Shown here: in pieces, positions 47,117 through 55,314 of the stretch
How positions within the stretch are numbered: position 1 is the first letter of the stretch
How the letters are laid out: each line of letters opens with the position of its first letter
Source: Lachnospiraceae bacterium
GTDB taxonomy: Bacteria > Bacillota > Clostridia > Lachnospirales > Lachnospiraceae
DNA: 64,000 nt
Direction: 5' to 3'
NCBI GenBank assembly: GCA_022790855.1
Contig: JAAVYA010000002.1
Coordinates: 49,054-113,053, forward strand
Program-made: the position numbers and the translations under genes
The notes under the pieces: model-generated
What the model saw: the letters and a program-made list of their open reading frames with translations, nothing else
Database searches by the model: none
What the model was told of the DNA's origin: nothing

Positions 47117-48250
47117 ATGAAACTGAAAAAGATTGTAATGCTGCTTGCAGGAGCCGGATTGATTGCGGCTTTGGCAGCCGGATGTGGAAACGCCCCGGCA
47201 GGAGGGGATGCGGCTACAGGCCAATCCCAGGAGAGCCAGCAGGAGGAATCCAAGGACAGCCAGGAACCGGCCGAAGAACCAGGGGAAGCTCCAGATTCCA
47301 AAGAGGAATCCGAGGACAGCCAGGAATCGGCGGAAGAACCAAAAGACAGCCAAGAACCGGAAGGTGAAGGAGAAGCAGAAGGTGAGGAAGAAGAAAACTA
47401 CGAGACAGGCGACGCTTCCTTAGATGATCCCCGGAACCAGGATGAGATAGGTGAGAATGAACTGTTGGCCGTAAGCTTTGGAACCAGCTACAATGATAAC
47501 CGCCGCCTGACCATTGGAGCCATCGAGGGCGCTTTAGAGAGCGCATTTCCCGATTACTCTGTCAGACGGGGATTTACCAGCCAGATTATTATCGACCATG
47601 TGAAGAAACGGGATGGAGAAGTGATCGATAATGTCACGGAGGCATTAGACCGGGCGGTGGCAAACGGGGTGAGGAAGCTGGTGGTTCAGCCTACGCATTT
47701 GATGGATGGATTTGAGTACAATGACCTGGTAGAAGAGGTGGCAGGCTATGCAGATTCCTTCGAACAATTGGCGGTAGGAAAGCCGCTGCTTACCAGCGAG
47801 GAGGACTTTCAGGCAGTGATGAAAGCCATTACGGAAGCCACGGCGCAATACGATGACGGCGAGACGGCGATCTGCTTTATGGGCCATGGTACAGAAGCAG
47901 ATTCAAATCAGGTATATGCTAAGATGCAGGAAGTATTGAAAGAAGCAGGATTTGAACATTATTATGTAGGTACGGTAGAAGCAAGCCCGTCTCTGGAAGA
48001 TGTTCTGGCAGCCGTAAAGGCTGGGGAATATAAAAGAGTGGTGCTCCGCCCATTGATGGTAGTTGCGGGAGACCATGCCAACAATGATATGGCTGGAGAA
48101 GAAGAGGATACCTGGAAGACGGCCTTTGAAAGCGCCGGCTATGAAGTAGAATGCGTCGTAGAAGGACTTGGCGGTTTAGAAGCAATCCAGCAGCTTTTTG
48201 TAGCGCATGCCCAGGCAGCGGCGGACAGCCTGTCTGGCAGCGGGGAATAA
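47117..48250 (+). CDS. CbiK-fold (sirohydrochlorin cobaltochelatase-like) lipoprotein with an acidic repeat linker
   Basis: Lipoprotein signal MKLKKIVMLLAGAGLIAALAAGCG, then about 100 aa of D/E/S/Q-rich repeats, then a CbiK-like body (LLAVSFGTSYNDNR ... VVQPTHLMDGFEY ... ICFMGHGTEA ... VVLRPLMVVAGDHANNDMAG). The RBS is aaggagga. Confidence 0.75.
   Translation: MKLKKIVMLLAGAGLIAALAAGCGNAPAGGDAATGQSQESQQEESKDSQEPAEEPGEAPDSKEESEDSQESAEEPKDSQEPEGEGEAEGEEEENYETGDASLDDPRNQDEIGENELLAVSFGTSYNDNRRLTIGAIEGALESAFPDYSVRRGFTSQIIIDHVKKRDGEVIDNVTEALDRAVANGVRKLVVQPTHLMDGFEYNDLVEEVAGYADSFEQLAVGKPLLTSEEDFQAVMKAITEATAQYDDGETAICFMGHGTEADSNQVYAKMQEVLKEAGFEHYYVGTVEASPSLEDVLAAVKAGEYKRVVLRPLMVVAGDHANNDMAGEEEDTWKTAFESAGYEVECVVEGLGGLEAIQQLFVAHAQAAADSLSGSGE
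47215..47400 (+). repeat. imperfect tandem coding repeats (about 60-nt period) encoding the acidic linker
   Basis: gaatccaaggacagccaggaaccggccgaagaacca... recurs as gaatccgaggacagccaggaatcggcggaagaacca..., and then again partially. Confidence 0.6.
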
Positions 48251-48306
48251 GTGAAAGACGGCCCGTAGCGTACGGGCCGTTTTCAGCAGATTAGGTGGTA
48301 GAAAAG

Positions 48307-49290
48307 ATGAAGAAAGCGAGTATATTGGGAATTGCTGCGTTTCTGGCAGCGGCACAGTTGTTTACAGGCTGCAGCAGCCAGCAGGCGGAAGAAGGCCAAG
48401 AAGCATCCGGACAGGAGACGAGGCAAGAAGAGTCTCCCGGAACAAAATCCACAGATGGAGAAGAAACAGGGCAGCAGCCAGTGCAATCAGAGGATCAGGT
48501 GGCAGAAGGTCAAGTAGCTTCCGCAGAAGAAATGGCAGAGCCGTTGGAAGTGCTGGAAGAAGGGATGACTCCTATTCCCGGAACCCAGGTGAAAGACGGA
48601 ACATATGAAATAGCGGTAGATTCCAGTTCTAAAATGTTCCGCATCACCCATTGTAGCCTCACAGTAGAAAGTGGGAAGATGACGGCTGTAATGACCATGG
48701 GAGGCACCGGATACTTGAAGGTTTTTATGGGAACCGGAGAAGAAGCAGTCTCATCTTCGGAGTCAGACTACATCCCCTTTGTGGAGAATGAAGAGGGAGC
48801 CCATACCTATCAGGTTCCTGTGGAGGCATTGGACGCAGCGATCCCATGCACTGCTTTTAGTAAAAATAAAGAAAAATGGTATGACAGAACGCTGGTATTT
48901 CGAGCAGATTCCCTTCCCTCCGACGCTTTTGCAGAAGGAACGGTGACAACGCCTGAGACCTTGCAGCTAACGGACGGCCAATATACGGTAGAAGTAACCT
49001 TAGGCGGCGGTTCCGGCAAGGCAATGGTAGAATCTCCGGCTCCCATGCGCATTGAGAACGGCCAAGCATATGTGACGATTACCTTCGGAAGTCCCAACTA
49101 CGATTATATGAAAGTCAAAGAAGAAACGTATCTGCCTGTGAATACCTCCGGCAATTCTGCCTTTGAAATCCCGGTGGAAGGATTTGACCGGAATCTGGAT
49201 GTCATTGCAGACACCATCGCCATGAGCGAGCCCCATGAGATTTCCTATACCCTGAATTTTAATTCTGCTTCCATCAAGGAGGAACCATGA
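48307..49290 (+). CDS. lipoprotein with an internally duplicated beta-rich domain, function unknown
   Basis: Signal and lipobox MKKASILGIAAFLAAAQLFTGCSS, then an acidic linker. Two roughly 110-aa repeats follow, both starting (K/T)DG(T/Q)Y(E/T)(I/V).V and containing G..Y..., Y.P, and PVE..D. Confidence 0.6.
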   Translation: MKKASILGIAAFLAAAQLFTGCSSQQAEEGQEASGQETRQEESPGTKSTDGEETGQQPVQSEDQVAEGQVASAEEMAEPLEVLEEGMTPIPGTQVKDGTYEIAVDSSSKMFRITHCSLTVESGKMTAVMTMGGTGYLKVFMGTGEEAVSSSESDYIPFVENEEGAHTYQVPVEALDAAIPCTAFSKNKEKWYDRTLVFRADSLPSDAFAEGTVTTPETLQLTDGQYTVEVTLGGGSGKAMVESPAPMRIENGQAYVTITFGSPNYDYMKVKEETYLPVNTSGNSAFEIPVEGFDRNLDVIADTIAMSEPHEISYTLNFNSASIKEEP

Positions 49291-50465
49291 GAAAACAAAG
49301 AACTATTTGGCTCCTGCTCCTTGCGGCTGCATTCCTCCTGTGTGTTCCGGGATGCGGGGGAACGAAAGACACAGAAGCCGGGGAGGAAGCTGCAGATGAC
49401 GATCAGGGTCAGGCTTTGCAATGGTCCGATCTGAAATTGGACCAGTCCATGGAGCTAGACTATGCAGAGCAGTTTTCCGTTGATTATGATCAGGATGGAT
49501 ATGCGCTTCTTACGATTACGGATACCGGACGCTTTCTGGTGGTGCCTGATGGAGGGGAAATTCCCCTGGGGCTGCCGGAGGATCTGGTGGTTTTACAGCA
49601 GCCCTTAGACCATATTTATCTGGTGGCCACCTCCGCCATGGATTTGTTCCGGGAGCTTTCGGCCGTTGATGCGATCCGTCTCTCCGGCACAGACGTATCC
49701 GGCTGGTATATTGAGGAGGCAAGGCAGGCGCTGGAACATGGAGATATGGTATACGCCGGAAAATACAATGCTCCCGATTACGAATTGATTTTAGCCGAAG
49801 GCTGTGATCTGGCGGTAGAATCCACGATGATTTACCATTCTCCCGAAGTGAAAGAGCAGTTGGAGGAGTTTGGAATTCCGGTGTTGGTGGAACGTTCCAG
49901 CTATGAGAGCCATCCCCTGGGCAGGGTGGAATGGTTAAAGCTTTATGGCGTACTGCTGGGAAAAGAAGAACTGGCTCAGGAGAGCTTCCGGAAGCTGGAG
50001 GATTCCTTGGCAGAAGTATTTTCCAAAGAGAATACAAATAGAACAGTGGCTTTTTTCCATATCAATTCCAACGGGGTTGTCAATGTGCGCAAATCAGGGG
50101 ACTATGTGGCAAAAATGATAGAACTGGCCGGGGGGAAGTACATTTTTCAGGATCTGGGGGATGATAACGCCTTGTCCACGATGAATATGGAGATGGAAAG
50201 TTTTTATGCCCAGGCCAAAGATGCAGATTATATCATCTACAACAGCGCCATCGACGGAGAACTGGAAACCATAGAAGAGCTTCTGAATAAAAGCGGCCTG
50301 CTGGCAGATTTTAAAGCAGTGAAGGAAGGAAATGTCTGGTGTACTCAGAAAAATGTGTTCCAGGAAAGCACCGGGATCGGAGATTTGATCCTGGATATCC
50401 ACAAGATTGTGAACCAAGAAGATCAGGATGTATTGGAACTGAGATATCTGAATAAGCTGCAGTAG
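49287..50465 (+). CDS. BtuF/FhuD-type (cluster A, periplasmic-binding-protein 2) substrate-binding lipoprotein
   Basis: Lipobox LLCVPGCGG. The profile is typical of B12/siderophore binding proteins (PLDHIYLVATSAMDL ... PDYELILAEGCDLAV ... ADYIIYN). Confidence 0.8.
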   Translation: MRKQRTIWLLLLAAAFLLCVPGCGGTKDTEAGEEAADDDQGQALQWSDLKLDQSMELDYAEQFSVDYDQDGYALLTITDTGRFLVVPDGGEIPLGLPEDLVVLQQPLDHIYLVATSAMDLFRELSAVDAIRLSGTDVSGWYIEEARQALEHGDMVYAGKYNAPDYELILAEGCDLAVESTMIYHSPEVKEQLEEFGIPVLVERSSYESHPLGRVEWLKLYGVLLGKEELAQESFRKLEDSLAEVFSKENTNRTVAFFHINSNGVVNVRKSGDYVAKMIELAGGKYIFQDLGDDNALSTMNMEMESFYAQAKDADYIIYNSAIDGELETIEELLNKSGLLADFKAVKEGNVWCTQKNVFQESTGIGDLILDIHKIVNQEDQDVLELRYLNKLQ

Positions 50466-50476
50466 GGAGAAGGGTT

Positions 50477-51496
50477 ATGAAAAAAAAGGTTTATTTGCGA
50501 TATTGGGTTTCGTTTTTGCTGCTGCTTGTGCTGCTGGTTCTTCTGGTGCTGTGGAATGTGAATTCCGGCAGCGTGTCATTATCCCCCAGGGAGATTGTGA
50601 GGATTCTTCTCAACCGGGAAGGAGAAGATACGGCGGTTCATATTATATGGGATATCCGGCTCCCCCGGATTTTGGCGGCCATTATTTTAGGAGGCGCCTT
50701 GTCCGTGTCCGGCTTTTTGCTGCAGACTTTTTTTGGAAATCCCATTGCAGGGCCTTTTGTACTGGGAATCTCCTCTGGGGCAAAGCTGGTGGTGTCTTTG
50801 GTCATGATTTTTCTGTTGGGGCGGGGGATTTTGGTGGGTTCCGGTACGATGATCTTAGCAGCTTTTTTGGGAGCCATGATTTCCATGGGGTTTGTACTGG
50901 CGGTATCCCACCGGGTAAAACGGATGTCCATGCTGGTGATCTGCGGCGTAATGATTGGCTATATCTGTTCTGCTGTGACAGATTTTCTCATTACCTTCGC
51001 CGATGACTCCAATATTGTAAATCTCCATAACTGGTCCCTGGGAAGCTTTTCCGGAATGAATTGGGAAAATGTCTCCTTGATGGCGGCGGTGGTTTTTGTA
51101 ACGCTTTTGGCGGTATTCTTTTTGTCAAAACCAATCGGCGCTTATCAGCTGGGGGAGGGCTACGCCCGGAATATGGGAGTGAATATCAAGCTGTTTCGAT
51201 TGGCGTTAATTTTATTGTCCAGCATCTTGTCCGCCTGCGTGACAGCCTTTGCAGGACCCATTTCCTTTGTGGGAATCGCAGTGCCCCATCTTGTGAAGAG
51301 CCTGTTGAAAACCGCAAAGCCTATACTGGTGATCCCCGCCTGCTTTTTGGGAGGCGGAGTCTTCTGCCTGTTTTGCGATTTGGTGGCAAGGACTGTCTTT
51401 GCGCCCACCGAGCTTAGCATCAGTTCCGTGACAGCCGTGCTGGGGGCTCCGGTGGTAATCTATATGATGGTACGAAGGCAAGGGAAAAACATATAA
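50477..51496 (+). CDS. FecCD/BtuC-family ABC permease
   Basis: Motifs IWDIRLPRILAAIILGGALSVSGFLLQ and GPISFVGIAVPHL. Confidence 0.85.
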   Translation: MKKKVYLRYWVSFLLLLVLLVLLVLWNVNSGSVSLSPREIVRILLNREGEDTAVHIIWDIRLPRILAAIILGGALSVSGFLLQTFFGNPIAGPFVLGISSGAKLVVSLVMIFLLGRGILVGSGTMILAAFLGAMISMGFVLAVSHRVKRMSMLVICGVMIGYICSAVTDFLITFADDSNIVNLHNWSLGSFSGMNWENVSLMAAVVFVTLLAVFFLSKPIGAYQLGEGYARNMGVNIKLFRLALILLSSILSACVTAFAGPISFVGIAVPHLVKSLLKTAKPILVIPACFLGGGVFCLFCDLVARTVFAPTELSISSVTAVLGAPVVIYMMVRRQGKNI

Positions 51497-51790
51497 AGGG
51501 AGGGGACGCCCGGGAAAAGGGGAGAGAAACAGACGCAAATGGTCTGCTGCTTTTTCCGGTTTCGAGATTAAGAATTCCTAAAATTCCTGATTTTTGCTAA
51601 GGACAAAACGAACCTCCACAAACTCGCTTTGCTCAGACAGTGTGGATGTTCGTTTTAACGCAAAAATCAGGGATTTAAGGACTTCTAAATCTCTGCAAAG
51701 TCAAAATCTGCAGACCATTTGCGTCTGTTTCTCTCCCCTTTTCCCGGGCTGTGCATCTCGGGTCCGGAACTAATTGATATTGGCTGTGAA
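51497..51790. repeat. nested palindromic intergenic element, expanded copy (copy B)
   Basis: Perfect 39-bp inverted arms at 51509-51547 and 51710-51748 enclose a second imperfect palindrome: cctgatttttgc 51586-51597 / gcaaaaatcagg 51660-51671, and aaaacgaacctccaca 51605-51620 / tgtggatgttcgtttt 51641-51656. The flanks are shared with copy A. Confidence 0.7.
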
Positions 51791-51813
51791 TGGTAATGTA
51801 CAGAGGCGGACAG

Positions 51814-52941
51814 ATGAAGGAATTTTATATTTATACCCAAAATATGACGGTAGGATACGGCAGGCAGCCGTTGATTGAACAGATAGAGATACGGCTTAAG
51901 AGGGGAGAGATTTTAACGCTGATCGGCCCCAATGGAGCCGGAAAGTCTACCATATTAAAGAGTATTACCAGACAGCTTTCTCTCCTTGGAGGAACGGTAT
52001 ACTTGGATGGAATCTCTATGGCGGAAATGTCTGGACGGGAGATGGCAAGGAAATTGGCGGTGGTGATGACCGAGCGGATTCGTCCGGAGCTTATGACATG
52101 CGAGGATGTGGTGGCGGCCGGCCGGTATCCGTATACCGGAAGGCTTGGTATCTTGGGAGAAGAAGACTGGAAAAAAGTCCATGAAGCCATGGATTTGGTA
52201 CATGCTTTAGATCTGGCAGACCGGGATTTTTCCCAAATCAGCGATGGCCAGAGGCAGCGCATCCTTTTGGCAAGGGCTATTTGCCAGGAACCAGAAGCGA
52301 TCGTGCTGGACGAACCCACTTCCTTTTTGGATATCCGCCATAAGCTGGAGCTTCTGACGATTTTAAAGGAGATGGTGAAAAAGAGGCGCCTGGCGGTAGT
52401 TCTGTCGCTGCATGAGCTGGATCTGGCCCAGAAGATATCCGATCAAGTCGTCTGCGTCCATGGAAATGTCATTGAAAAATATGGTGCGCCGGAGGAAATT
52501 TTTTCAGATTCCTATATGGAAGAATTATACGAAATGACCCGGGGAAGCTATAATGCTGCGTTTGGATGCCTGGAGATGGAACCGGCCCAGGGAAATCCGA
52601 AGGTATTTGTGATTGGCGGCGGCGGATGGGGAATTCCGGTGTACCGGAAGCTTCAGAGGGAGGGAATACCCTTTGCGGCAGGAGTCCTCCAGGAAAACGA
52701 CGTGGATTACCCGGTGGCAAAAGCTTTGGCCAGCCGTGTAATTGTGGAAAAAGCCTTTGAACCAATCAGTGAGGAATCATATCTCCAGGCGAAAGAAGTC
52801 CTGGAATCTTGTGAAAAAGCGCTCTGCCCGCTCCCAGTGTTTGGGGCTATGAATGAGGGAAATAAAAAGCTGAAAGAATTGGCGTTGGAACGGGGAATAT
52901 TACTTGATAATCCAGGAAAAAATACATATAATGAGAGGTAG
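51814..52941 (+). CDS. ABC transporter ATP-binding protein (FepC/BtuD-like) with an extra C-terminal domain of about 120 aa
   Basis: Walker A GPNGAGKST, signature ISDGQRQR, Walker B AIVLDEPTSFLD. About 120 additional residues follow (PKVFVIGGGGWGIPVYRKLQREGIPFAAG...). The start is probably the ATG at 51814. Confidence 0.8.
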   Translation: MKEFYIYTQNMTVGYGRQPLIEQIEIRLKRGEILTLIGPNGAGKSTILKSITRQLSLLGGTVYLDGISMAEMSGREMARKLAVVMTERIRPELMTCEDVVAAGRYPYTGRLGILGEEDWKKVHEAMDLVHALDLADRDFSQISDGQRQRILLARAICQEPEAIVLDEPTSFLDIRHKLELLTILKEMVKKRRLAVVLSLHELDLAQKISDQVVCVHGNVIEKYGAPEEIFSDSYMEELYEMTRGSYNAAFGCLEMEPAQGNPKVFVIGGGGWGIPVYRKLQREGIPFAAGVLQENDVDYPVAKALASRVIVEKAFEPISEESYLQAKEVLESCEKALCPLPVFGAMNEGNKKLKELALERGILLDNPGKNTYNER

Positions 52942-53016
52942 CTTCCGGTTCTGGAAATGATTGGAATATGTTTGTTTCAGGCAGAGGAGCAATACAGGAT
53001 ATGGAGTATGGAGGTT

Positions 53017-55284
53017 ATGATGAATATCAGAGAAAAGCTGGAAAAAATCTGCTGCAACAACATTGCGGCCTGTACGGACAGACAGTTGTACGAAGGATTG
53101 CTGCACATTGTAAAAAAGATGGCCAAAGAAAGAGAAGATGGGAAAGAGGCCAAAACATCCAAGAAGAAAGTATACTATATCTCAGCAGAATTTTTGATTG
53201 GAAAACTCCTTTCCAACAACTTGATCAACCTTGGGATTTATGAGGAAGTAAAGGAGACTTTGGCCCAATACGGCAAGGATATTGCAAAGATAGAAGAGCT
53301 GGAGCCGGAGCCCTCTTTAGGAAACGGGGGCCTGGGACGGCTGGCAGCTTGCTTTCTGGATTCCATGGCGACCCTTGGCATGGAGGGAGACGGCATCGGC
53401 CTGAATTACCATTTCGGGCTCTTTTTGCAGAAATTTAAAAACCGTCTCCAGCAGGAAGAAATCAATCCCTGGATGGAGGAGGCTGGCTGGCTTACCAGGA
53501 CAGAGGTCACCTACCCCGTTTCATTCGGTGGATTTACCGTAAATTCCAGAATGTATGATCTGGATGTGATTGGGTATGAGAACCGCACCAATAAGCTGCA
53601 TTTGTTTGATATTGAGACGGTGGACGAGACTCTGGTGACAGAGGGCATTGATTTTGATAAAGAAGACATCCGAAAGAACCTGACGCTGTTTTTGTATCCG
53701 GATGACAGTGATGACAATGGCCGCCGCCTTCGGGTATATCAGCAGTATTTTATGGTGAGCAATGGGGCGCGGCTGATTCTGGAGGAATGCCGGCAGCGGG
53801 GAAGCAATTTTTATGACTTGCCGGAGTATGCCGCAATCCAGATTAACGACACCCATCCCAGCATGGTGATCCCGGAGCTGATCCGACTGTTGATGGAAGA
53901 GGGCATCCGTATGGAAAAGGCCATAGATATCGTTTCCAAAACATGCGCCTATACGAATCATACGATTTTGGCGGAAGCTCTGGAAAAATGGCCTATGGAA
54001 TACCTGAACCAGGTGGTTCCCCAGTTAATGCCCATTATCCGGGAGCTGGATACCAGAGCGAAAGAGGTAAGCAACGATCCTGCCGTCGCCATTATTGATG
54101 AAAAACACCTGGTTCATATGGCTCATATGGATATCCATTACGGTTACAGTGTCAATGGCGTGGCATATCTCCACACGGAGATTTTGAAAAATAATGAACT
54201 TCATCCGTTTTATCAGCTTTATCCGGAGAAGTTCAACAATAAGACCAATGGCGTGACCTTCCGCCGCTGGCTGATGTATTGCAATCAAGGATTGAGTCAG
54301 TATCTGGACAGCCAGATTGGCCAGGGCTGGCACAAGGACGCCGATCAATTAGAGAAGCTTCTGGCGTATCAGGATGATGAACATGTTCTGAAAAAGCTTC
54401 TGGATATTAAGAAAGAAAATAAACGGGCGCTGGCGGCTTATTTGAAAGCAACCCAGAATGTGGATATTGATACGGACTCTATTTTTGATATTCAGGTAAA
54501 ACGTCTCCACGAATACAAACGCCAGCAGTTGAACGCTCTTTATATCATTCATAAATATCTGGAGATCAAGGGAGGAAAACATCCCGCTACCCCCATTACG
54601 GCAATCTTTGGGGCAAAAGCGGCGCCGGCATATATCATTGCCAAGGATATTATCCATTTGATCCTTTGCCTGCAGGAGGTCATCAATAACGACCCGGAAG
54701 TTTCTCCATACCTGAAGGTCGTTATGGTGGAAAATTACAATGTCACCAAAGCGGAAAAGCTGATTCCGGCCTGCGATATCTCCGAGCAGATTTCCCTGGC
54801 CTCCAAAGAAGCCAGCGGCACCGGCAACATGAAGTTCATGTTAAATGGAGCCGTAACCTTAGGAACCATGGATGGCGCTAATGTGGAGATTGAAGAATTG
54901 GTAGGCCGGGAGAATATTTATATTTTTGGAGAAAGCTCAGATATTGTGATCCGGCATTATGCAAATGCAGATTATGTGTCCAGAGATTACTATGAAAAAG
55001 ATAAGGATATCCAAAAAGCAGTGGACTTTATTGTAAGCGATCCGATGATGAAGGCAGGCTGCCGGGAGAATTTGGAACATTTGCATCGGGAGCTGCTGAA
55101 TAAAGACTGGTTTATGACCTTGTTAGACTTTAAGTCCTACACAGCCAAGAAAGAGGAAGCGCTTAAGGACTATGAAGACCGGATGGCATGGGCCAAAAAG
55201 ATGCTGGTGAATACGGCAAAAGCCGGATTTTTCTCCTCAGACCGGACGATCGCGGAATATAACCGGGATATCTGGAAGGCATAA
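53017..55284 (+). CDS. glgP: alpha-glucan (glycogen/maltodextrin) phosphorylase
   Basis: GT35 signatures: [25 protein letters not shown], and the PLP site [15 protein letters not shown]. The start is 53017 or 53020, after ggagg. Confidence 0.9.
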   Translation: MMNIREKLEKICCNNIAACTDRQLYEGLLHIVKKMAKEREDGKEAKTSKKKVYYISAEFLIGKLLSNNLINLGIYEEVKETLAQYGKDIAKIEELEPEPSLGNGGLGRLAACFLDSMATLGMEGDGIGLNYHFGLFLQKFKNRLQQEEINPWMEEAGWLTRTEVTYPVSFGGFTVNSRMYDLDVIGYENRTNKLHLFDIETVDETLVTEGIDFDKEDIRKNLTLFLYPDDSDDNGRRLRVYQQYFMVSNGARLILEECRQRGSNFYDLPEYAAIQINDTHPSMVIPELIRLLMEEGIRMEKAIDIVSKTCAYTNHTILAEALEKWPMEYLNQVVPQLMPIIRELDTRAKEVSNDPAVAIIDEKHLVHMAHMDIHYGYSVNGVAYLHTEILKNNELHPFYQLYPEKFNNKTNGVTFRRWLMYCNQGLSQYLDSQIGQGWHKDADQLEKLLAYQDDEHVLKKLLDIKKENKRALAAYLKATQNVDIDTDSIFDIQVKRLHEYKRQQLNALYIIHKYLEIKGGKHPATPITAIFGAKAAPAYIIAKDIIHLILCLQEVINNDPEVSPYLKVVMVENYNVTKAEKLIPACDISEQISLASKEASGTGNMKFMLNGAVTLGTMDGANVEIEELVGRENIYIFGESSDIVIRHYANADYVSRDYYEKDKDIQKAVDFIVSDPMMKAGCRENLEHLHRELLNKDWFMTLLDFKSYTAKKEEALKDYEDRMAWAKKMLVNTAKAGFFSSDRTIAEYNRDIWKA

Positions 55285-55314
55285 GAAAGATCAGAGATTG
55301 GCACAGGAGCAGGA

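Noticed and set aside
47215-47400. The regularly spaced repeats in the cbiK-like gene, considered as a CRISPR-like or other non-coding array.
   Set aside because: They are in frame within a continuous ORF, encode an acidic low-complexity linker, and have no unique spacers. They are coding tandem repeats.
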